Shown here piece by piece: positions 18,364 to 26,965 of a DNA stretch of 64,000 nucleotides. Position 1 is the first letter of the stretch. The number at the start of each line of letters is the position of its first letter. This stretch comes from an uncultured delta proteobacterium (GTDB taxonomy: Bacteria; Desulfobacterota; Binatia; Binatales; Binataceae). Under the pieces are notes generated by a model, which ran no database searches, was not told the origin of the DNA, and worked only from the letters and a program-made list of their open reading frames with translations. Location of the stretch: positions 105,041 to 169,040 of the forward strand of contig CAVZDJ010000037.1 of the NCBI GenBank assembly GCA_963773975.1. Direction: 5' to 3'. The position numbers were made by a program, and so were the translations under genes.

Positions 18364-18378
18364 GCATCTCCCGTGCCA
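18364..18378 (-). promoter_or_regulatory. candidate sigma-54 (-24/-12) promoter for the flp-tad operon
   Basis: The minus strand reads TGGCACGGGAGATGC, against the consensus TGGCACG-N4-TTGC. The GG and GC dinucleotides have exactly the canonical spacing. It lies about 140 nt upstream of the first flp ATG, in a 600-nt lower-GC intergenic region. Confidence 0.45.
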
Positions 18379-18827
18379 TAGCGCTTGAAATATAGAGCCT
18401 TTGATTCAGGGGCGGTATGAACAGCTGGGCTCGATGACTGTCTCACAACCGAGCGCTTGCATTTGATGTGTCTCAGAAGCGGCTAGATTTCTGAGTAACG
18501 TCGTGACGATCGAAAGATGTAGATACAAAGCGCTTTGGTCGGCGACCGAACTGTTTGTTGCTCTCGATCGCGAACGGGCGGCATGTTCAGCCAGCCGTCT
18601 TGCCGACAATTTGAATCTGTTATTTCGTTTGCGAGGATGCGGTTTTTAGATACGAAAGCTTTGGCGGTGGAGATCGCGGTGGTTGAATCCGAAGGAAGAT
18701 AGGACGCGCCGGCACCAGCGGTGCTCGTTCGGAAACATCAGTGACACCTGTGATAGGTGGGACCGATGCACCAGGGATGTCCGTCAGGCGGCTATGTTGT
18801 GCGAGTTCGAGACAGGTCAGTCGGGAT

Positions 18828-20552
18828 TTAGTATTGGAGCGTTTTGATCAGGGGATGGCCGGACAGATTGGAGGCGTAACCGCCGACGAACCCCGCATGG
18901 AGATCGAGCGCGTCCGTGGCCAGCGTGTCGTAGTCGCCCATGTAGTCGGACGCCATCAGGACATCCTGACCTACGATCGTCGGGAAGGACATCAGTGTGA
19001 TGCGGCTGTTAGACCAATTCTTACCGTTGTGCGATGAGGCACAATAGCGATCGATACGAAAGTTGGAGGGATCGTTTCTGCGATCGTAGAAACAGGTTGC
19101 AATGCGCCCTTTGAGGTCAGCGGCAAGCGCCGGCTCGAACTGATCGGTCTGTGGCGCGCCGCCATTTTCTGTGTTGTTATTGACCCGCACCGGTGGCGAC
19201 CAGGTCGCGCCCCCATCACCGGACTGGCTGAACTTGATATCCGAGAAGTTGTAGAAGCCAGTGGTGGTCAACGTGTCCGGCGCCTGGCGATCGCCGTCAG
19301 TCCACGCCAGGTAGACCTTCGCGCTATTGGGTCCCTTCCCGATTGCGAGGCTTGGATGCTCGTTGCTGTGAGCCAGCCCCTGCCAATCTGCGCAATCGCC
19401 CGCGCAACCGACCGTCGCCACCGTCACGGGCGAGGTTGGGAAGGACTGCGCCTGGTTGGTCGACTTGGAGATCTCGATCGCGCGCTCAGCGAGACTATCG
19501 GTGTCGCCAAACAGCTCCCACGCCACGTAGACCTCGCCACTCGGCCCCACCCTCACGCGGGCGCCGTTGACGAAGGCGAACGTATGCGCGCTGTCGGCGC
19601 ATACCTGCGCCACCACCACCGGCGTAGCGGTCCAGGTCGCGCCTCCGTCGGCTGAAGCCACGGTTTCGATCGCGTAGCGCGGCACCGCCGAACCGCTTTC
19701 CATTCCGCATATCGAGCCCGAAAAATCGAGGTCGGTGTAACTCACGTACAGGTGGCCTGGTGCCCCCGGGTCGACCGCGATCCAGGCCCCATCAACGATG
19801 TGGCTATTCGATGGCTCCGGCGCGATCACGACCGGAGTCGCGAAGGTCTTCCCGCCGTCGCTTGAGGTCGAAAGGCTCACCCCGGATATTGAGTTCGTGC
19901 CGTCGAGAAAACTCGAAACGTAGTAGTAAGTCGACGCGCTGGCGCATGCCACGGCTGGATCGCCCGACATGAAAGTGTTGGGATCGCTCGGCGTGGCCAG
20001 CGATCCCATGTAGGTGAAGGTGGCCCCGCGGTTGGACGACTGGGCGTACCCGTCCATGCTGACGCCGCGTCCGGAAGCCATCGTCGTGACTTCGGCGCCG
20101 CTGTCATTGAAACCCATCACCACGCTGCTACCGCACCAGGCTGTCGCCGTTTCACTTTGCGTGAAGCCCGAGTAGCGCGATTCGCGAAGATTGGTTCCGA
20201 GCGTCAGCGGCATTTCCGCCGCTCCGAGGCTCCGCGATTGACCGGCCTCCGCGATCGCGGGTGCGCCTTTTAGCAGGCGCGTGCGTATGGCTGTCCAACG
20301 ATCGGCCAGACTGAACAGATTGCGGCTGGCTGCGGAAAGACGCGCGGGATCGAATCCCGCGACCCGCTCTATGCGCCGCAGACGCGCCATCGTAAGGTCG
20401 ATCGGCGTTTCAGTCTGCGGTGTCTCAGTTTGCGGACCGTTGATTTGGACACTCACGCCGGAGCCCTCGACCTGCCCCGCCGCGCACATACCGGCGCTCA
20501 GCAGCGCGCCCAGCGCTATGCCTGGCATCCAGCCCGCCAAGCCCCATCGCAT
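18828..20552 (-). CDS. secreted Asp-box (BNR) repeat protein, sialidase/glycosidase-like beta-propeller
   Basis: It has a signal peptide (MRWGLAGWMPGIALGALLSAGMCAAG) and three SxDxGxTW/F Asp-boxes (SSDGGKTF, SADGGATW, SGDGGATW). The start is ATG 20552, with 20567 as an alternative. Confidence 0.8.
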   Translation of the reverse strand: MRWGLAGWMPGIALGALLSAGMCAAGQVEGSGVSVQINGPQTETPQTETPIDLTMARLRRIERVAGFDPARLSAASRNLFSLADRWTAIRTRLLKGAPAIAEAGQSRSLGAAEMPLTLGTNLRESRYSGFTQSETATAWCGSSVVMGFNDSGAEVTTMASGRGVSMDGYAQSSNRGATFTYMGSLATPSDPNTFMSGDPAVACASASTYYYVSSFLDGTNSISGVSLSTSSDGGKTFATPVVIAPEPSNSHIVDGAWIAVDPGAPGHLYVSYTDLDFSGSICGMESGSAVPRYAIETVASADGGATWTATPVVVAQVCADSAHTFAFVNGARVRVGPSGEVYVAWELFGDTDSLAERAIEISKSTNQAQSFPTSPVTVATVGCAGDCADWQGLAHSNEHPSLAIGKGPNSAKVYLAWTDGDRQAPDTLTTTGFYNFSDIKFSQSGDGGATWSPPVRVNNNTENGGAPQTDQFEPALAADLKGRIATCFYDRRNDPSNFRIDRYCASSHNGKNWSNSRITLMSFPTIVGQDVLMASDYMGDYDTLATDALDLHAGFVGGYASNLSGHPLIKTLQY

Positions 20553-21428
20553 CTCGTCCCGCCGCATCTTGTCCTGCCCCAGGGGCAACAATGATGCCAA
20601 TCGGATTGCAGGAGCGCGTTCCCCGTCTGCGCTCCTCGCGACGAGAAAAATTACGCTTTTTGCGGCTGGTCGCTCGACATGGACCCCGCAGCGCCATAAA
20701 CCAGGCGCCGACTAATTGACACTTCAGACAATCTGACATGCCGCCGGAGGCACGCGATCGAAAACCGCCGTGGAGTATTGATTTCGCGTCACGACGCCGC
20801 GCCAGGGTAGCGTCCTGAGTATCGAAGCGAATCCGCAAGCGCGCCGGAGTGATTCCGTCGACGCCCGCCGATATTTACCGCGTCTGCTGACGTGCAGTTG
20901 AGCCGGGCACTGCTCGCCGACGCCCGCGAATCACCTCACCGCCGCGATACTACGGCGAGGTTTGTAGCAAGTTTAGTCCCAAGGCGAAGAGAACTGCTCG
21001 AGCTCGCGGTCCACCGACCGCCGCGGCGTCTCCATCGCGTAGATTCCCGGAGTTAGTCGTCTGAGCGCTGCGACCAGCCGCCACATCCGCATCCGCGGCG
21101 TCCGATCGAGCACCCGATTCATATCCATCTCCGGATCAGAAATGTTAATCGCCCGCTGTATATCCACGAAGCACCACCCGGGGTCGCCGCCCTGGAGATC
21201 CTCCTCTCCTGCCCCCCACCCCCGAATGTCTGAGGAACGCAAGTGTTATGCCATAAAGTAAAATTGTGCCTTATACATTCAAGTTTTGCTCATAGCGATT
21301 CCATTTGTGCAGACTACAAATTTCAGCGTGCGTAAACGTGCTAGACTGCAACATACGGTGCGTTGCGATGCCAGCGCGATCCCCCGGCAGTCAGGCCGAA
21401 ATGCGTACCCGCACCCCTGCTGGTCTTG

Positions 21429-22253
21429 TCAGTTTGTGGGCGAGAGGAATTCCGTGATCGTCGCCGCTGTGTCCTCCGGGGTTTCCCAAAAGAACATGTG
21501 ACCCGCACCCTGTAGCTTGTGGAGGCGCGCGCCCGGGATCCTTTCCTTGATGATGTCGGAGTTCGCGTCGGGAACCAGCAGATCGGAAGTGCCGGTGATA
21601 ACCAGGGTCGGCGCCTTTATCTGAGGCAGCCGGTCAAACGTGTCAAACCCACCGACCGCTGCCCAATGCAGTTGATAGGTATGCGGCGGCGTGATCGCGT
21701 AATTCATTACCTCCGCCACGCGCTCTTTGAGCACCGCCTGACCCTTGGCGGAGGCGAGAAACGGTTTGGCGCAGCAGGCGGCGAGCAAGCGCTCGACCTG
21801 CGCCGCGAGCGGCTCGTTCGGTTCTAGCTGGAGCGCGGCGAGCGTCGCGGGATCGCCTGGAACGCTGTGAGCAACGCCGCACATCGTGCAGCCGAGGACC
21901 AATCCGCGCAGGCGCGTGGGATGGTTGAGCGCAAACTCCTGCGCGATCATCCCGCCCATCGAGATCCCCATCACATGCGCGCGGTCGATGTTCGCATGGT
22001 CGAGCACGCTGGCCGCGTCGGCCGCCATCTCGGCCATCGAGAACGGCTTTTCGGGCTTGTCGCTCTGGCCCGTGCCGCGATTGTCAATCACGATCGTCTT
22101 GAAGCGTGTCTCTAGCAGCTTCAGGAACGGCTCGCCCCATGCGCGACTCGAACCGGCGTAGCCGAAAATAAGCGCGAGCGGCGCGCCCTGCCCGCGAATC
22201 TCGTAATGAATCCTGGTTCCGTCTTTGCTCCGAGCAAATGTTCCTGCCGCCAA
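21429..22253 (-). CDS. alpha/beta hydrolase
   Basis: It has DNRGTGQSD, the GISMGG nucleophile elbow and a C-terminal GAGHMFFWE His region. Confidence 0.85.
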   Translation of the reverse strand: MAAGTFARSKDGTRIHYEIRGQGAPLALIFGYAGSSRAWGEPFLKLLETRFKTIVIDNRGTGQSDKPEKPFSMAEMAADAASVLDHANIDRAHVMGISMGGMIAQEFALNHPTRLRGLVLGCTMCGVAHSVPGDPATLAALQLEPNEPLAAQVERLLAACCAKPFLASAKGQAVLKERVAEVMNYAITPPHTYQLHWAAVGGFDTFDRLPQIKAPTLVITGTSDLLVPDANSDIIKERIPGARLHKLQGAGHMFFWETPEDTAATITEFLSPTN

Positions 22254-22486
22254 CCTTGTCTCTCCGTCGCGAACAGATTTTGCGCCGCGGGTGAGTTACA
22301 CGCGCGCGTTCGATCGAAACGCACGCTGCGAACGCGGCCCGCTCACGAGGTGCGCAGCGATACTAGCGCCGGCACCGATGCGGGGCAAAGGGCAACGCGC
22401 CGCAAATCATCCGACGATGATTCCGCCGCGACGATTCCCGCGAAGATCACTCCGCGAAAGTGATTGCGCAGAAATCATTCCTGGCC

Positions 22487-23311
22487 TTAAGCATTTTCAT
22501 CATCCGCGTCCGCGCCGGGCTCCGCCGCCATCGAACTCTCGCCGATCGTCAGCCAATCGGTGCGCACTTTGTCCCACTGCTGAATTAGCACGCCGTGCGT
22601 CTCGAACAGCTCGCGAATACGCTCCGGGCTCCAGCCACCGATCTGTTCGAGAATCGGCACCAGCACGCTCAAGGCGTCGTCGCTGATGATGGTGCGCTTG
22701 GCGATCTGCGTGATGTACTTGGCCGCCGAGGCCGCGATCGTGAAACCGCCGCGATGGTTCACCTCGAGCATCACGTGGATGTCCGAGCTGCCGTCGCCCA
22801 CGTAGATGATACGATCGCTCGGCACGCCCAGCGCCTGGCGCAGCTCATCGATCGCCGCCACTTTGCCGTAGCCGGCGGCAACCCGCACGATCGATTCGAT
22901 CTCACCCGACTCCGCGGCATAGCCGAGGCGGGTGCCGATGACGTGATCCGGCGGCACGATTCCCTGCAACGCCGACCGCACCACCTCTTCGGGCGCGGCC
23001 GAGATGACGTAGAAGTCGAAGTGATGGCCCTCGATGCCGTTTTGCAGGAGGCGAGTCAGCAGCGGGAGGTTGCGTTTGAGGCGGATGCGGCGTCCGACTT
23101 CGGCCAGGTCCTGTCTGCGCACGCGCCGGTATTGCGGATCGTGGCGCAGAAGGTAGGCCAGTTCGCCACCCTGCTGCACCAGGTTGAGCCGCGAAAGGCC
23201 GGCCACCTTGTCCTTGAATCCGGTGATGCCGAGCAACTCGCTCAACGCGATACCGGAATCGTTGAAGCTGAGCGTCTGATCGAAATCGCTTGCGAGCAGA
23301 TAGCGCTTCAC
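22487..23311 (-). CDS. HAD-superfamily hydrolase (subfamily IB, phosphoserine-phosphatase-like)
   Basis: The start is GTG 23311 ([13 protein letters not shown] = DxD motif I). It has ISAAP (motif II) and YVGDGSSD (motif IV). Confidence 0.8.
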   Translation of the reverse strand: MKRYLLASDFDQTLSFNDSGIALSELLGITGFKDKVAGLSRLNLVQQGGELAYLLRHDPQYRRVRRQDLAEVGRRIRLKRNLPLLTRLLQNGIEGHHFDFYVISAAPEEVVRSALQGIVPPDHVIGTRLGYAAESGEIESIVRVAAGYGKVAAIDELRQALGVPSDRIIYVGDGSSDIHVMLEVNHRGGFTIAASAAKYITQIAKRTIISDDALSVLVPILEQIGGWSPERIRELFETHGVLIQQWDKVRTDWLTIGESSMAAEPGADADDENA

Positions 23312-23575
23312 GTCATCCCCCCACACGACACTGCAACCAATCCGGCGAGCAGAAATCCTCGGTCGCACAGTATCGAATCCGGCGATCCATCATGATAGCG
23401 CCAAGGATGTGGCTATTCGCGACGCGCGCCGGTGCCAAAAACGAGTATTCATAAAGCACCCATGTGGTATTCACGCGGCCGCCACCGGCCCTTCACAATT
23501 CAAGCAGGCTCCGTGCCATCGCCGCCCGTGCGGAACTGCCGGCACGGGTCCGCCGCGGCGCGACTTCGGAAATGG

Positions 23576-23610
23576 AAAAAGGCGGCCCGCGCGAGATCGC
23601 GCGAACCGCC
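23576..23610 (-). terminator. rho-independent terminator after the PHA operon
   Basis: The minus strand reads GGCGGTTCGCGCGATCTCGCGCGGGCCGCC followed by TTTTTCC. It lies about 80 nt downstream of the stop at 23689. Confidence 0.6.
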
Positions 23611-23688
23611 TAACGAAAACAGAGCCACTGTCAGCGGAGCGAGTCACCAAGCGGACCGCCGCCGCTCAGGCAACCAAAAAACGGCTCC

Positions 23689-23955
23689 TTAGAGCTTCCA
23701 GAGCGAGCGAGCGGTGCTGACGCTCTGCTCGACCAGCTTGCGGCCGATCGTCTGCTGGGCCTCGATCAATGGATAGATCGGGGTCTCCTTGGCCCACTCG
23801 GTCGCCTTCACCTGGAAATCCAGGGCCTGGGTGGCGAGCTTCTCGGTAGTGTCGATGTACCACGCCGCCGCCTTCTTGGCGCCCGCGGGGTTGAAGCAGT
23901 TCTCGGCGATACGTGAAAATCCCTCGTACACTCCGCTATGTTCTTTCTCTGACAT
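23689..23955 (-). CDS. small PHA-operon protein (phasin-like, unverified)
   Basis: The start is ATG 23955, preceded by the strong RBS GGAGGAG. The 88-aa product is predicted helical (MSEKEHSGVYEGFSRIAENCF...). The gene lies immediately downstream of phaC. The longer 142-aa track ORF would overlap the phaC 3' region. Confidence 0.5.
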   Translation of the reverse strand: MSEKEHSGVYEGFSRIAENCFNPAGAKKAAAWYIDTTEKLATQALDFQVKATEWAKETPIYPLIEAQQTIGRKLVEQSVSTARSLWKL

Positions 23956-24129
23956 CGGTGATCTCCTCCGTGAATTCTTTTGGGAGCCTTGCTCCATCGT
24001 GTTAGAACTTAACCACGAATCGGCGCTGAGCGCGGGATGCTTTGTCGCGTGCGCGACATTTTCCGGCGTTTGCGCCTCTTCGTGATGCTTGCCCTTCTCC
24101 TTGCGTTTCTTGGTCATTATGCCTTCTGC

Positions 24130-25218
24130 TCAATTCGATCGTTCTTCCAACCATGCTCCGATCTGAGGCCAGAGCTGCTTGTGGGCCGCGCCGCTCACCA
24201 TCGCGCCGACGTGTCCGGTCGGGAAGGTAAGGTTGCGCCGGTCACGGCTGCGTACGCGATCGACCAGGCCGAGGCTCGAACGCGGATGCACCACGTCGTC
24301 ATAGTCGGCAACCACGTTGAGCAGCGGACAGTTGATTTGTCCGACTTCGACCTTGCGCCCGCCGACCTCGAACTCGCCGCGCGCGAGCTGGTTGCGCTTG
24401 GAGATGTCGCCTCCCATCTCGCGGAAAATCCGTCCCGCCAGCGCGACGTCGCTGTTCATCCAGCGCTCGAACAGATCGAACTGCTCGGCATAACCGTCGC
24501 GCTCGGCATTGCGATACATCCCGACGAACTTGTCGATCGCGTGATGCGCCGGAGCCATCGCGGTAAAAAACGACTGCACCATCCACGCCGGGCAGTTGCC
24601 GTACACGCGCGTGACCAGCTCCATCGCCTCCTCGCTCATCTGGTCGACGACGTTGTAGATGGGTAATTCGCGCACGCCCATGTCGAACGGCGCGGTCGCG
24701 GTGATCAGGTTGCGCACGTTCTCCGGATGCAGCGCGGTATAGACGAGGCTCAGCAGCGCGCCGAAGCAGTAGCCCAGCACAGTGACCTGCGTGCGGCGCG
24801 TGATCGCGCGCACGAAACGCACTGCCTTGTCGAGGTCGCCGTTGACGTAAGCGTCGAAGCCGCGCCAGGTGTCGGTCGCATTGGGCGGCAGCCAATCGGT
24901 GAGGTAGACGTCGAAGCCCGCGCGGGTCAGGTATTCGATCACACTGCGGCCCTTCTGTATGTCGAGCACGAACGGCCGCTTGATCAACGCGTAGACCAGT
25001 ACGATCGGCGTGCGATGCGATTCGGCCGCAGCCGCATAGTAACGCAGCCGCACCTTGCCGCTCTCGAACACCACTCGATACGGGGTCACCGGCGGCGGAT
25101 CGTTGACGGTGGCATGTGCGCCCTTTTTGAAACCGTCTAGCGTGCGCATCGCGCCGTCGAGCCAGTAGCCGGCAATTGCGCCAATGGGCGAGTTGGTTGA
25201 CGGGTTAGTTTGGGACAT
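24130..25218 (-). CDS. phaC: class III poly(R)-hydroxyalkanoate synthase, PhaC subunit
   Basis: It is about 362 aa with the lipase-box-like GYCFG and collinear class III PhaC motifs (VYALIKRPFVLD, DVYLTDW, NCPLLNVVADYDDVV). Start could be ATG 25218 or 25224, overlapping the phaE stop. Confidence 0.9.
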   Translation of the reverse strand: MSQTNPSTNSPIGAIAGYWLDGAMRTLDGFKKGAHATVNDPPPVTPYRVVFESGKVRLRYYAAAAESHRTPIVLVYALIKRPFVLDIQKGRSVIEYLTRAGFDVYLTDWLPPNATDTWRGFDAYVNGDLDKAVRFVRAITRRTQVTVLGYCFGALLSLVYTALHPENVRNLITATAPFDMGVRELPIYNVVDQMSEEAMELVTRVYGNCPAWMVQSFFTAMAPAHHAIDKFVGMYRNAERDGYAEQFDLFERWMNSDVALAGRIFREMGGDISKRNQLARGEFEVGGRKVEVGQINCPLLNVVADYDDVVHPRSSLGLVDRVRSRDRRNLTFPTGHVGAMVSGAAHKQLWPQIGAWLEERSN

Positions 25219-25732
25219 CTTCATCTCGCTTGCGCGCCATCGGCACGGCCGCCGGACTCCATCCGCCATTCCACATCGCGGTCAACGCCTCGCCAGCCTG
25301 GCGCTCGCCCGCGGGCAGCTCATCGATCTCAGCAGCGCGCGCTTCCTCGGCTTCCAGGCGGGCTTCCGCCAGATCGTCGCGAAGCGCCCCCACTTCGGCG
25401 CGCAACTCGGTCAACTCAGCTGCCGAGGGCAGCCCCACGGCCGGCCACAGCGCGGCGAAAACCGCCCCTGTCATCGCGGAGCCCAGGCGTTGCCACTTGA
25501 GCGAGGCCTCCATCGAGCGTCCCACCGCGGAGCCCACCGCAGGACTGTTGTAGAGACCGTTGGCCGACTCGTTCAGCAATTGCACCCAGGCGTCGTAGGC
25601 CTTCCATCCCGCCTGTTGGAGATCTTGCTCGCCGCTTGTTTCGCCGTCCTGCGCGAACACGCGTCTGGCGGCGACGAACGGCATTTCGATGATCGCCTCG
25701 CCGAGTTTGGTCCATTGTTCGAAGAATTTCAT
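25205..25732 (-). CDS. phaE: PHA synthase PhaE-like subunit (short form)
   Basis: It sits immediately upstream of, and overlapping, class III phaC. It has an N-terminal FEQWTKLGEAI..WKAYDAWVQLLNES region resembling PhaE and a coiled-coil C-terminal half. At 175 aa it is shorter than classical PhaE. Confidence 0.6.
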   Translation of the reverse strand: MKFFEQWTKLGEAIIEMPFVAARRVFAQDGETSGEQDLQQAGWKAYDAWVQLLNESANGLYNSPAVGSAVGRSMEASLKWQRLGSAMTGAVFAALWPAVGLPSAAELTELRAEVGALRDDLAEARLEAEEARAAEIDELPAGERQAGEALTAMWNGGWSPAAVPMARKRDEDVPN

Positions 25733-25994
25733 TGTTACCCCTTTATGCTATCCGCGCGTGGCCGAAGCGCGCGCCAAAACGATACAAGTCTTCTGTACAG
25801 CAGCAATTATGCCAGTCATCTCCAGTGTTCCTGCGACCTTTGTTCTGCCCGCATTGCCCCGGCCTGCCTGTTCGATGCGCGTCTGCCGCCGCTTTGAGCA
25901 TTGCATTCCACCGTGGATTCTCAACGCGATTCGGTTGCTCGCCGATGAAGGGTGGATTGTCGCTGAATGAAAAATGTTTTGCTCAGTGACTGAA

Positions 25995-26009
25995 GAGTAT
26001 CTGATACTC
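25995..26009. promoter_or_regulatory. 15-bp perfect palindrome GAGTATC-T-GATACTC (candidate operator)
   Basis: I read it directly in the divergent phaE / crp-fnr intergenic region, about 130 nt upstream of the Crp/Fnr gene start. Confidence 0.35.
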
Positions 26010-26136
26010 ACTGGATAGCAAAATTAGTTCTGTTGACGTTTGTCGCAGACGCGACCAAAGCGCCAAAGCATGGCCCGTTACCCTCGTGTTTGGTCGCTTT
26101 GGTGACATCGCCATGGTCTGTGCTAACCAATGAACG

Positions 26137-26880
26137 GTGACCGCTGAAATTTCCCAATTAAAGCTGCTCGGCCGGCTACGCACGCTGGGGTGGATGTCCG
26201 AGGCCCAACTCGGCAAACTTTCCGCCGCGACTATCACGCGCCGCGTGCGGCGCCACGAAACGATTTTCTTCGAGGGCGAGGACGCCAACCGCGTTTATTT
26301 GCTGCTCTCCGGCGTTGCCAAGCTGACCTTTCTTAACGCCAGCGAACGCATTTTGGTCTCACTGGTCGGCCCGGGTGAGATTTTCGGCGTCTCCTCTCTG
26401 TTGACGGTGGCCAAACGGCCTTTCCGATGCGACGCGTTCAGCGATTGCCTGGTCGGCGTCCTTAGTCCGGAGGCCTTCGTCGACGCCGCGCTCGGCGTGC
26501 GGCTGGAGGATTTGAGCCGCGTGCTTGACGTCACGGTGGGGCGATGGTGGGCGATGCTGCTGCGTTACACGAATTTTCTTGGACTCGCGTTGCGCGAGCG
26601 GCTGGCCGGCGCGCTGCTGGAGTTGGCAACCAAGTTCGGCGCCGAGGACGCACGCGGCCGGCTGCTGACGCTAAAGCTGACCCATAGCGATCTGGCGGAG
26701 CTGGTCGGCGCGTCGCGCCAGCGGATCACCGAGCAGTTGAGCGAATTCGAGCGCACCGGCGTGATCATCCGTGACGGGCGGCGCCTGATAATCGTCACCG
26801 ATCAATTGCTCGCGCTGGTACAGGGCGACCAACCGGGTCCCGGCGGCGATGAGGGCGACGGCACGCGCGCCACGCGCTGA
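26137..26880 (+). CDS. Crp/Fnr family transcriptional regulator
   Basis: It has a cNMP-binding-like beta-roll (IFFEGEDANRVYLLLSGVAKL...GPGEIFG) and a C-terminal HTH (THSDLAELVGASRQRITEQLSEFERTGVI). The start is GTG. Confidence 0.85.
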   Translation: MTAEISQLKLLGRLRTLGWMSEAQLGKLSAATITRRVRRHETIFFEGEDANRVYLLLSGVAKLTFLNASERILVSLVGPGEIFGVSSLLTVAKRPFRCDAFSDCLVGVLSPEAFVDAALGVRLEDLSRVLDVTVGRWWAMLLRYTNFLGLALRERLAGALLELATKFGAEDARGRLLTLKLTHSDLAELVGASRQRITEQLSEFERTGVIIRDGRRLIIVTDQLLALVQGDQPGPGGDEGDGTRATR

Positions 26881-26965
26881 AGTGTTTCGTCGAACCTGCT
26901 AAAGGTCCGTGGTCTTTGAACGAGGATTACAGCGCCTTACCAGAGAGGGCGCGATTCAGAACGAC

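Noticed and set aside
18406-18609. 67-aa ORF in the flp upstream region
   Set aside because: It lies in lower-GC non-coding DNA, has no RBS or motif, and does not resemble a third Flp (no G/XXXXEY motif).
20973-21242. 89-aa ORF on the - strand in the 830-nt gap between the BNR protein and an alpha/beta hydrolase
   Set aside because: I found no recognisable family, no convincing RBS, a non-ATG first codon and only moderate third-position GC bias. Evidence is insufficient to call a gene. The adjacent AT-rich stretch (about 21240-21340) may simply be a promoter region.
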